Shown: piece by piece, positions 27,490 to 36,310 of the stretch
How the letters are laid out: each line of letters begins with the position of its first letter
Position numbering within the stretch: position 1 is the first letter of the stretch
From: Gammaproteobacteria bacterium
Lineage (GTDB): Bacteria > Pseudomonadota > Gammaproteobacteria > Coxiellales > Coxiellaceae
DNA: 64,000 bases
Assembly (NCBI GenBank): GCA_022601255.1
Contig: JAHZIV010000038.1
Location: 16,959 to 80,958, forward strand
Reading direction: 5' to 3'
The notes under the pieces: generated by a model
Seen by the model: the letters and a program-made list of their open reading frames with translations, nothing else
The model's database searches: none
Told to the model about the DNA's origin: nothing
Position numbers and translations under genes: made by a program

Positions 27490-28935
27490 ATGGCACGATC
27501 AGAGCGAAGAGCAGCAGAAAGAAAGCCTTTAGTAACACGACCGCCAAAGATTCTGCACGTCAGAGATATGGGTCAACAGGCACCGATTGGCGTTCAACCG
27601 GTTACAAGTAACTGGCACTCTTTTTGTTGGTTGGCAGCATGTTGTTGTTGGTGCCCACCATCTGTCTTTAAAAACTGGCCTACAGAACGCATACGCGCTA
27701 TCTTTTGCCTGACCTTGAAACAAGTCGAGATAGACTTGGCTGCGACTAGAGAAAATGAAGCCTCACTAACACGCATGGGCCTTAGCCCCGAACGATACAA
27801 TAAAACCATCACTGCTGGACAACCCGCCGCAACACTTGCGGGGCGACCTCCTTTCACGGTAACGTACGGCGGTCATGCCACAATAGAACTAAATATTGGT
27901 GGGCATATTATATTAATAGACCCTACCATTGGAAATGTTTCCGATTACGAGCGCAAAATACCCGAATACTTTACTGCTGAAAAAACAGCTGCCGTAGCAC
28001 CTAACACCAAAGTAGTTCTTGCCTCACACAACCATGGTGATCATAATAATTATTTAGAGGACCCCACTATCAGAGCACAACAACCCACCATCATCGTGGG
28101 TGCTCAATCTCGGTGGCCTAAAGAATGGGGGTATCGAGACGTTCACACATTAAAATGGGGCCAGAAAAAACGCTTTGAAATAGCCGAAGGAGTCATACTA
28201 TCCGTTACAGGCATTCCGGCACAACACTCTTCTGCGCGCAAAGGCTATGGCTGTGGTGGCTGCATACCAACAGCCGTCATCAACTTGGAGCTGTGGCTAG
28301 GATTTTTTGTAGAAATTGAATATAACGGGCAAAAATACAATATCTACTACACCGGTGATACTGGAGAAGGAAAATATTTTCAAAATGCCGATGGCGAAAC
28401 AGTTACATTAAAAGATTATGTCGTCGAGTTTGCAAAACAATGCGGTGGTATTGATTTTATCTTTGCTCAGGTCGGTCCGCACGAACCCTTCGGCGATCAT
28501 GGTGAATCGCCCATGCATATGGGGCCAGAAGAAATTGTGCGATTTTCATCGGAAATTATCGCTGCTATGGATGAGGCTGGAGAAAGAAAGTCCTATATTA
28601 TCCCCGTACATCATTCGGCGTTCGCATATGAAAAACCACGCGGATACTACCTGCTGCAATTTTTATTGGAAGCAGCAAAACAAAGGTTAGACAGGGTAAT
28701 ACCGTTAGCTTTCAAGGGAACAATTGATCTTGGTGAAATTCTAGCGATGTCGCCAGATAAAATAAAGGTGGCGTTTGATCACACAGTAGCAAGCTTGCAT
28801 CAACCTTATGGTATTTTTAGCAGACCTGATGTGCGAAACTTTTATGACATACCAGGAGATACTTCTACAATAAAATTATGCCGAACACCGTCTGTTGAAA
28901 ACCTTGGTCATCAGCTTGCTGACTTTACGCGATAA
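27490..28935 (+). CDS. Metallo-beta-lactamase-fold hydrolase with an unusual N-terminal extension
   Basis: HxHxDH motif SHNHGDH. N-terminal basic stretch followed by the Cys/Trp cluster FCWLAACCCWCPP (nt 27625-27654). Confidence 0.65.
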   Translation: MARSERRAAERKPLVTRPPKILHVRDMGQQAPIGVQPVTSNWHSFCWLAACCCWCPPSVFKNWPTERIRAIFCLTLKQVEIDLAATRENEASLTRMGLSPERYNKTITAGQPAATLAGRPPFTVTYGGHATIELNIGGHIILIDPTIGNVSDYERKIPEYFTAEKTAAVAPNTKVVLASHNHGDHNNYLEDPTIRAQQPTIIVGAQSRWPKEWGYRDVHTLKWGQKKRFEIAEGVILSVTGIPAQHSSARKGYGCGGCIPTAVINLELWLGFFVEIEYNGQKYNIYYTGDTGEGKYFQNADGETVTLKDYVVEFAKQCGGIDFIFAQVGPHEPFGDHGESPMHMGPEEIVRFSSEIIAAMDEAGERKSYIIPVHHSAFAYEKPRGYYLLQFLLEAAKQRLDRVIPLAFKGTIDLGEILAMSPDKIKVAFDHTVASLHQPYGIFSRPDVRNFYDIPGDTSTIKLCRTPSVENLGHQLADFTR

Positions 28936-30067
28936 AATCTAATATGCTTTTTAAAAACACATGAATGGGTATGATTTGAATATCATGATCTGTATATACG
29001 TCTTGGCCTCCATATAGCATAAAACATTTTGCTACAGGGTAATCTTTCTTAAAAAGCAACAAACCTTTTAAATCATTTTTATTAATCTTTTCACGTCGCT
29101 TAATTTCAAAGGCCAGGAGACCTTTTTCTCCATATAAAATAAAGTCAACCTCAACTTGATTCAACGTCCTCCAATAAAAAAACTGGTACCCCAATTCAAA
29201 GTAATCATTGATTGCCTTAACTTCTTGAAGAAATAACGTTTCGAGTGCAGGGCCGTCTATATCAGCATTACTATCAAGCGGGCCTTGTGGACGTATCGTA
29301 CGATAAACGCCTACATCAAAATAATAAAATTTCGAATGTGAAATTAATTTTCGTTTTGCCTTCTTCGAGAAAACCGGTAGCCGACAACCAATTAATAAGT
29401 CTTCAATAATATCAAAATAATTTGTAACCGTATGGCGGTTACTACTAATTTCACGACTTATTTCAGTATAATTGATTACTTCTCCCTGTGAAAAACTAGC
29501 CGCCTCAAGAAAATGATTAAACTGAGCAATATTGCGTACCAAACTTTCTTCCAAGACCTCCTCTCGAAGATACGTCTTTATATAGGATTGCAAATACTTA
29601 ACCGGCGTTGTCGATGTGTATGCAGTGGGCAGCTCACCAATCATTAAAGATTTTTTAAGATTAAATTCATCGCCAAGCTCCATTGCTGTCAATGGATGCA
29701 TATTAAAAATTAAAGCACGCCCTGCTAATAAATTAGTGCCCTTACGTTTAAGTTTACGTGCACTGGAACCTGTCAGAATAAATTTTAATTTTCTGCTTTC
29801 AATCAACCGATGAACTTCATTCAACAGTTCAGGGATTTTTTGAATCTCGTCGATGATAACCCAGTCTTTGTAATCAGAAGGAATTAATGTCTCCAGCCTG
29901 CTTGGACGAGCAAGCAACATACGATAACTGTCATCATGTAGTAAATCAAAGTACAGTGCTTCAGCAAAATGTGCTTTTAACCACGAGGTCTTACCCGTAC
30001 CCCTCGGGCCAAAAATGAAAACACTTTGCTGCAAATCTTCTGGGAGCTTGAATAATCGTTTAAACAT
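28925..30067 (-). CDS. AAA-type ATPase (COG1373 / DUF4143-like)
   Basis: Walker A FGPRGTGKTS and Walker B-like VIIDEIQ. 380 aa. Confidence 0.75.
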   Translation of the reverse strand: MFKRLFKLPEDLQQSVFIFGPRGTGKTSWLKAHFAEALYFDLLHDDSYRMLLARPSRLETLIPSDYKDWVIIDEIQKIPELLNEVHRLIESRKLKFILTGSSARKLKRKGTNLLAGRALIFNMHPLTAMELGDEFNLKKSLMIGELPTAYTSTTPVKYLQSYIKTYLREEVLEESLVRNIAQFNHFLEAASFSQGEVINYTEISREISSNRHTVTNYFDIIEDLLIGCRLPVFSKKAKRKLISHSKFYYFDVGVYRTIRPQGPLDSNADIDGPALETLFLQEVKAINDYFELGYQFFYWRTLNQVEVDFILYGEKGLLAFEIKRREKINKNDLKGLLLFKKDYPVAKCFMLYGGQDVYTDHDIQIIPIHVFLKSILDFIA

Positions 30068-30113
30068 GCCACTTATAACTCATTGAAAAATATCATTATA
30101 TCACATATTTACT

Positions 30114-30172
30114 AAAAACGCTATCGATTATCTCGTTTTTATACTTAAAACGAGATAATCGATAGCGTTTTT
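30114..30172 (-). terminator. Perfect 26-bp inverted repeat with 7-nt loop; strong, potentially bidirectional terminator after rsmE
   Basis: aaaaacgctatcgattatctcgtttt (30114-30139) and aaaacgagataatcgatagcgttttt (30147-30172). A- and T-runs on both sides. Confidence 0.7.
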
Positions 30173-30233
30173 AACAAATTAAGATAAAATTATTATAATT
30201 CAGTATGTTATAGGCCGTAGTGCGCGGCAACGC

Positions 30234-30977
30234 TTACAGGTCGCCCCAGCGGGATTGCAGTAGTGTCAATGCCGTCACGGCCGCGGTCTCGGTGCGTAGC
30301 ACACGCGGACCTAAACTAAGCGGTAGTAGCCCTTGCTGCTTAGCAACCGCCTGCTCATCTTGCGTAAAACCACCCTCGGGCCCAACCAGCAATAAAACTT
30401 CTGCCGTAGCATTGATTGTCTCCTGTTGATAGGTTGCTATCGTATGATCACAACCAAGATCACAAATAAAACCAGTGTGATTGTTTTTTGATGTCAAAAA
30501 ATCATTGAGCGTTTCTGGTGAACGTATCTCAGCAAGATGACAACGCCCCGATTGTTCACAAGCACTGATCATGATTTTTTGCCAATGCTGCAAACGATTT
30601 TTAACACGCTGCTCGTCTAATTTAACATTACAACGTTGTGCAAAAACGGGCGTGATACTTGCAACACCTAATTCAACTGCTTTTTGCACTACGTAATCCA
30701 TGCGCTCGCCACGCGATATGGCTTGCAGCAGATGAATATTAAGTGGCGAGCGATTTTCCACAGCAACATATGAATGCAGTTGCAATAGTGCATTGCGCTT
30801 CTCTTGCGCAAGCAACTCAGCCTGATACTCTCCACATTCTTCACCATTAAAAACCCGCAACTGGCGGCCTGGCTTTAATCTCAAGACGCGCAATAAATAA
30901 TGACTCTCCGCCTCATTCAAGCGAAGCTGTTGCCGTTCGGACAGTGGTCTATCCACATATAATCTAGGTGTTTGCAT
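30234..30977 (-). CDS. rsmE: 16S rRNA (uracil1498-N3)-methyltransferase
   Basis: RsmE family pattern HYLLRVLRL...LLVGPEGGFT..E. 247 aa. Confidence 0.85.
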   Translation of the reverse strand: MQTPRLYVDRPLSERQQLRLNEAESHYLLRVLRLKPGRQLRVFNGEECGEYQAELLAQEKRNALLQLHSYVAVENRSPLNIHLLQAISRGERMDYVVQKAVELGVASITPVFAQRCNVKLDEQRVKNRLQHWQKIMISACEQSGRCHLAEIRSPETLNDFLTSKNNHTGFICDLGCDHTIATYQQETINATAEVLLLVGPEGGFTQDEQAVAKQQGLLPLSLGPRVLRTETAAVTALTLLQSRWGDL

Positions 30978-31026
30978 ATATCCCCTTATGCTGTAATATT
31001 ATCAGGTTCGACCAGGGAGGAATAGA

Positions 31027-31698
31027 ATGATTCGGCTTGTTTCTGCATTTTTGACGCTCATCATTATTTTTGTTTATTCAAATACATTTGCGCAAGAACA
31101 TCCTGAAAATCTATCATTTGTAAAGCAACGCCTCGTTCAATATCATGACTCCGGTCAATATTATTCTGATATCGCTAAAGTTGCCCGTCATACCCTCAGC
31201 TATTTGCGCTTTCGTGTCAACCAGAATAAACAGTATGCACACCACAAAAAACTCGCTATCGTATTTGATATCGATGAAACCGCGTTATCCAATTATCAAG
31301 ATATGAAGGCGATGGACTTCGGTGGCACCGATCAAGATTACATTAATGCGGAACAGAAAGCCCATGACCCGGCAATACCCTCTGTTTTAACGCTGTACCA
31401 ATATGCCAAAAATAATGGTGTTGCTGTGTTTTTTATAACGGGGCGTAAAGAGTCATTACGACCAGCAACAGCAAAAAACCTAAAAAACGCGGGCTATTCC
31501 GATTGGAAGCAACTTTATATGAAACCAAAAAACTACGATAATCCATCTGTCATCCCTTATAAGTCAGCAATACGTAAGGGAATTGAAAAACAAGGTTACG
31601 ATATCGCCATCAGCATTGGCGATCAATACAGCGACCTCAAAGGCGGTTATGCTGACATGGTGTTCAAAGTGCCCGACCCGTATTACTTTACCGCTTAA
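31027..31698 (+). CDS. Secreted HAD-superfamily (subfamily IIIB) acid phosphatase
   Basis: Signal peptide. DDDD-type motifs VFDIDETAL, FFITGRKE and GDQYSD. Confidence 0.8.
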   Translation: MIRLVSAFLTLIIIFVYSNTFAQEHPENLSFVKQRLVQYHDSGQYYSDIAKVARHTLSYLRFRVNQNKQYAHHKKLAIVFDIDETALSNYQDMKAMDFGGTDQDYINAEQKAHDPAIPSVLTLYQYAKNNGVAVFFITGRKESLRPATAKNLKNAGYSDWKQLYMKPKNYDNPSVIPYKSAIRKGIEKQGYDIAISIGDQYSDLKGGYADMVFKVPDPYYFTA

Positions 31699-31725
31699 CT
31701 TAAAAGAAATTTATGGAGAAGCAAA

Positions 31726-32178
31726 ATGAGCGTTAACTATAAACCAGAAGCCTATCATACTGTCACACCTTATGTGGTGGTAGAAGATCCTGCAAAATTA
31801 ATTGCTTTTTTAGAAGCAACTTTTAATGCAGTTGTAACCGAATGTATTCGCAGTAAAGAAGGAGCAGTTAAACATGCTGAATTGAAAATCGGCGACTCCA
31901 TCGTGATGACAGGCGCTAACCATGAAGACAAGCCAAGTGCTGCGATGTTGTATCTTTACGTGGAAGACACCGATGCTACCTATCAAAAAGCCTTGACTGC
32001 TGGTGCTAAATCCTTAATGGAACCTGCCGACCAATTTTACGGTGATCGCAATGCGGGTGTTGAGGATATGTTTGGCAATCGGTGGTGGATTGCCACTCAC
32101 GTGGAAGACGTTGCACCAGAAGAGTTAGAAAAACGTTCGCAAGCGTTTCATGAGTCGCAAGGCAATTCGTCTCTATGA
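31726..32178 (+). CDS. VOC/glyoxalase-family (PhnB-like) protein
   Basis: PYVVVEDPAKLIAFL...HAELKIGDS...FGNRWWI pattern. Confidence 0.7.
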   Translation: MSVNYKPEAYHTVTPYVVVEDPAKLIAFLEATFNAVVTECIRSKEGAVKHAELKIGDSIVMTGANHEDKPSAAMLYLYVEDTDATYQKALTAGAKSLMEPADQFYGDRNAGVEDMFGNRWWIATHVEDVAPEELEKRSQAFHESQGNSSL

Positions 32179-33374
32179 AAAGCACATTACAAAAACTCAA
32201 CTTCACTGATATAAACCTTGATACTTTTCTACGAGATTACTGGCAAAAAAAACCAGTCGTACTAAAACAGGCAATGTCTGACTTTGCGAGCCCACTCAGC
32301 GCTGAAGAATTAGCAGGCCTATCACTCGAGCCTGAGGTTGAAAGCCGTATTGTTGTCGAACAACCAAATCAAACGCCTCCATGGATCATTCGAAAGGGCC
32401 CTTTTACTGATGATGAATATACATCATTACCAAAAACACATTGGACCCTACTGGTACAAGGTGTTGATCGACTACTCCCTGAAATACAAAATTTACTCGA
32501 CTACTTTGACTTCATTCCTCAATGGCGCGTCGACGACGTGATGATCAGCTATGCGGCGTTGCATGGTAGTGTTGGGCCACATTACGATAACTATGATGTG
32601 TTTCTATTGCAAGCTCAAGGGCAACGTAAATGGATGCTAACCACACAAAATTGTCATGACAAAAATATCGTGAGCGATGTTGATTTACGTATTATGAATC
32701 AATTTATTATTGAACAAGAATATGTTTTAGAGCCCGGAGACATTCTTTATTTACCACCACATGTGGGTCATCATGGTGTATCGTTATCTGATGACTGCAT
32801 GACTTATTCTTTTGGTTATCGTAGCTATCCTGGATTAGAGGTCATAAACAATTTTTGTGATTATCTAAACGAATTAGATTCATTTAAATCTTTATATAAA
32901 GATACAGACTGGCGTACAATTAATCATACCTCTGAATTACCAGAAGCTGCTTGGAAAAATGCTAAGGCATTAATCCATACTGCACTAGATGATGATAACA
33001 TTTTAAAAAACTGGTTTGGTCAATTTGCTACGAATCTAGACCAAGAAGCTGAAATGCAATTGCCTTCGATTCTTGATAATGTTAGTGAGGATGATTTTGC
33101 CGCTCTGCTCTCTTCAAATAAAACGTTGCACCGCCACCCAATTTGTAAAATGGCTTATCAACTTGATGCTAATCAATCTGCCTATAAGCTTTATATTAAT
33201 GGTGTTACTTGGAAAATTGATGGCGTAACACTTGATCTTATTGAAATGGTTGCCAATTATCGCACTATAGAATGTCAGCACTTGAATGATTTCATATCAT
33301 TAAGTGTAAATATGGGATTCTTGTTTGAGTTGTGGCAATTACAATGGTTACAGTTTTCAGATGAAATACTTTAA
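32175..33374 (+). CDS. roxA: JmjC/cupin ribosomal protein hydroxylase (RoxA/YcfD-like)
   Basis: N-terminus FLRDYWQKKPVVLKQA. Fe-binding HYDNYD...PPHVGHHGV pattern. Confidence 0.7.
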   Translation: MKSTLQKLNFTDINLDTFLRDYWQKKPVVLKQAMSDFASPLSAEELAGLSLEPEVESRIVVEQPNQTPPWIIRKGPFTDDEYTSLPKTHWTLLVQGVDRLLPEIQNLLDYFDFIPQWRVDDVMISYAALHGSVGPHYDNYDVFLLQAQGQRKWMLTTQNCHDKNIVSDVDLRIMNQFIIEQEYVLEPGDILYLPPHVGHHGVSLSDDCMTYSFGYRSYPGLEVINNFCDYLNELDSFKSLYKDTDWRTINHTSELPEAAWKNAKALIHTALDDDNILKNWFGQFATNLDQEAEMQLPSILDNVSEDDFAALLSSNKTLHRHPICKMAYQLDANQSAYKLYINGVTWKIDGVTLDLIEMVANYRTIECQHLNDFISLSVNMGFLFELWQLQWLQFSDEIL

Positions 33375-34132
33375 CCCATATTTTTATTTAACAAATGATC
33401 CACCAACGCCGACGGCAATGCCATCGACAAACGACTGAGCCAAGCAAGCGGTCCCGGGAAGCTAATCACAGGCTTATCTTTTGCAAGACCTCTTGCAATA
33501 ATAACAGCCGCTTTCTCTGCTGAAACCATCATCGGTTTGGGTGTCGATAATTTATCGCTCATGGCTGTTTTAACAAAACCGGGGCAAATAACATTAACTT
33601 TGATGCCATCGGGTTTTAACCAAGCGCGTAATGCTTCGCCATAAGATTTAATCGCAGCCTTACTCGCACAGTAAGCCGGTGATTGTGGCAAGCCACGATA
33701 GGCTGCCAATGAACTCACTATCACAATTTGCCCACGACGGCGCTCACGCATACTCGTAACAATCGGCGTCACCGTATTGATAACACCATTGACATTGGTG
33801 TCTATCACCGCTCTTATCGTGTCTATTGTTTCGGGCCCTCTATTTGCAGCAATAAAAGAGGACACACCCGCGTTTGCTATTAATAAATCAATCGGGTGCT
33901 CAGTATCAATTGTCTTTATCCAATCTGAAAAATCCGGGTGATCTGTCACATCTGCTTGCTTTTGAATGACCACAGCACCCTTGCGTTCACAACGCTGCGC
34001 GACTGTGTTGAGTTTTTCTGGGTTGCGCCCTGTGATAATAATGCATGTATTCGCAGCTGCATAATACTCTGCTAATGCAGATCCGATGCCTCCCGTTGCA
34101 CCGGTAATTAAAATCGTTTTCTCAGCAGCCAT
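33371..34132 (-). CDS. Short-chain dehydrogenase/reductase (classical SDR); last gene of the lipid operon
   Basis: TGATGGIGSA, NAG and YCASK catalytic motifs. Starts 2 nt after the GNAT stop. Confidence 0.85.
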   Translation of the reverse strand: MAAEKTILITGATGGIGSALAEYYAAANTCIIITGRNPEKLNTVAQRCERKGAVVIQKQADVTDHPDFSDWIKTIDTEHPIDLLIANAGVSSFIAANRGPETIDTIRAVIDTNVNGVINTVTPIVTSMRERRRGQIVIVSSLAAYRGLPQSPAYCASKAAIKSYGEALRAWLKPDGIKVNVICPGFVKTAMSDKLSTPKPMMVSAEKAAVIIARGLAKDKPVISFPGPLAWLSRLSMALPSALVDHLLNKNMG

Positions 34133-34134
34133 GG

Positions 34135-34728
34135 CTACTGGATCTCGGGGCTTTTCATCAGTAACATGCCATCATCGTGAGGCAATAATTCATGGCGCTT
34201 AACCTCTACATTCCGATCAACCTGAAAGCCTGCAAATTTCAGCGCCGTCACAACCGGTGTATTATCGGCCCAAACATGTGCGCTAAGGTATTTAAGATTT
34301 TTTTCTTTAGCGATACCTTCTAACAAATGACACATATCCAATGCGGCCGGTGTATTACGATACTCTGGCAATACGGCCAACGTGTGAATATACAAGCTAT
34401 CATCAATGCGTGTTTCGTAGAAATTCTTCATGTGGTCCAAGCGTTCTTGCGGAATAAAGGCACGCATGATTTCCGGCACCAGATGCTGACTGGCAGGATA
34501 ATAATTCGTTGCACCAATGATCTTATCATTTTCTACTGCTAATAATGTGTTGTTATAACACATTGGGTTATCTTCATCCAAAATAGCAAGCTTTAACATT
34601 TCTTCTGTAGTGGTATCAGGGAACAGGTCATTTAACATGAAATCACTGATGCCTCCCGCCGTCATCACTGTTAATTCAGCGATAATATCAGCGTCATCAG
34701 CATTAGCTTGACGGTAAGTGATACTCAT
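34135..34728 (-). CDS. GNAT-family N-acyltransferase
   Basis: GNAT core LYIHTLAVLPEYRNTPAALDM. GAGGAG SD. 10 nt after the upstream stop. Confidence 0.75.
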   Translation of the reverse strand: MSITYRQANADDADIIAELTVMTAGGISDFMLNDLFPDTTTEEMLKLAILDEDNPMCYNNTLLAVENDKIIGATNYYPASQHLVPEIMRAFIPQERLDHMKNFYETRIDDSLYIHTLAVLPEYRNTPAALDMCHLLEGIAKEKNLKYLSAHVWADNTPVVTALKFAGFQVDRNVEVKRHELLPHDDGMLLMKSPEIQ

Positions 34729-34738
34729 AGTGCACTCC

Positions 34739-36310
34739 TCAGGAATATTGTGGTTTTAATTCATCATAACAAGCTTTTAGGCACTTAGCCGTTTTCTCTA
34801 TTTGCTCTCGCGTATGCACCGAACACATAAAGAAGCGTAAACGCGCCTTGTTTTCAGATACGGCAGGATAAATTATCGGTTGCACGTTAATGCCATTTTC
34901 AAATAGTTTATTTGCTAACGAAATTGTGAAAATAGACCTGCCAATCACCACAGGAATAACTGCGTGACCTTCGCAAGTACTCAGATCAAACCCTTCGGCA
35001 CGCAGCAAGTCAAACATCAATCGACTGTTGTCTTGCAATTGCTGTACTCGTTCAGGTTCAGCCAACATAAGCTCTAACGCTGCCAAGCTTGCTGCTGCTA
35101 ATGGTGGCGACAACCCAACAGAATACAAAAATCCGGGAGCGGTATAACGTAAATATTCGATTAATTTGTGGCTACCTGCAATATAACCACCACAACTGGA
35201 TAATGTTTTACTTAACGTTCCCATCCAAATATCAACGTCTCGTGTATCAACACCCAAATGCTCTGCAATACCCTGACCGGTCTTACCTAAAACACCGGTT
35301 GCATGTGCTTCATCTACCATCAAGAATGCGCGATAATGTTTTTTCAGGTCTACCATTTGTTGTAATGGTGGTGTATCACCCTCCATACTATAAAGACCTT
35401 CTGTCAGAATCAATGTGCGTTTATAATCCATGCGATTCTGTTCTAGCAATCGCTCTAAGTCCTTCATGTCATTATGCTTAAAAGAAAGGCTGCGCGCACC
35501 TGACAGCTTTGCGCCTTGCAATGCACTGTTATGACATAACTCATCATAAACAATTAAATCGTTACTATCGAACAGATGGCCAATGGTAGTGACATTAGTT
35601 GCATGCCCGCTCACAAATACCAGCGCATCATCTACTTGATAAAACTCCGCCAACTTTGTTTCTAAATCGCGTTGTATTGGGCGCTCACCCGACACAATAC
35701 GACTGGATGATGCTGATGTACCATATTGATCAATGGCTTTTTTGGCGGCATCTGAAACTTTCTGTTGCCCGCATAAATCTAAGTAGTTATAGCAAGCAAA
35801 ATTAATATACTGCTTACCGTCTACTTGTGTCGTGGCCGATGCCACACCCTCGTGTGGACGAAAATAAGGCGTTGCAATGCTAGCACGCTCCATCACCTTC
35901 TTCTGCATATCCACTTGGTAATAAGCGGGTAGCTTTTCAATATTGTAATGGCTCTCTGAAAGTTTTTTGGTATCGATTTCTGCCATCGCTGGCTTTGCTG
36001 GTTGCTCAACTTCTGTTTGTTGCATCGTCTCAAACAATTCGTCAGCCAAATCGTTGGCTGTGGTTTCTTCCGTTAATGACGATACAGGCAATTCAATGCC
36101 AATTTTATCTTTAATGAAAAAATTTAATTCGACAATAGCAATTGAGTTTAAGCCAATATCGATCAGTGGCGTATTGTTTTCTATACGATCTATTGGCAAT
36201 CGGCTTAATGCACTGATCTTGCTTTTTAATAAATCGAGAATGGCAGCTGCCGAATCAAAAGACACGGTGCTCGACTGCGTCATAGCCGGCTCTGCTGTTT
36301 TTGTTGTCAT
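34739..36310 (-). CDS. Acyl-carrier-protein domain fused to a PLP-dependent alpha-oxoamine synthase (Spt/BioF/Kbl/CqsA family)
   Basis: Carrier motif LIDIGLNSIAIVEL (Ser56). AOS core YNYL...SSRIVSG...GHATN...DEAHATG...GTLSKTL (PLP lysine). Confidence 0.85.
   Translation of the reverse strand: MTTKTAEPAMTQSSTVSFDSAAAILDLLKSKISALSRLPIDRIENNTPLIDIGLNSIAIVELNFFIKDKIGIELPVSSLTEETTANDLADELFETMQQTEVEQPAKPAMAEIDTKKLSESHYNIEKLPAYYQVDMQKKVMERASIATPYFRPHEGVASATTQVDGKQYINFACYNYLDLCGQQKVSDAAKKAIDQYGTSASSSRIVSGERPIQRDLETKLAEFYQVDDALVFVSGHATNVTTIGHLFDSNDLIVYDELCHNSALQGAKLSGARSLSFKHNDMKDLERLLEQNRMDYKRTLILTEGLYSMEGDTPPLQQMVDLKKHYRAFLMVDEAHATGVLGKTGQGIAEHLGVDTRDVDIWMGTLSKTLSSCGGYIAGSHKLIEYLRYTAPGFLYSVGLSPPLAAASLAALELMLAEPERVQQLQDNSRLMFDLLRAEGFDLSTCEGHAVIPVVIGRSIFTISLANKLFENGINVQPIIYPAVSENKARLRFFMCSVHTREQIEKTAKCLKACYDELKPQYS

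Noticed and set aside
30985-31012. tRNA-like T-arm string (caggttcgaccagg)
   Set aside because: The intergenic space is only about 49 bp, and no acceptor or anticodon arms can be built.
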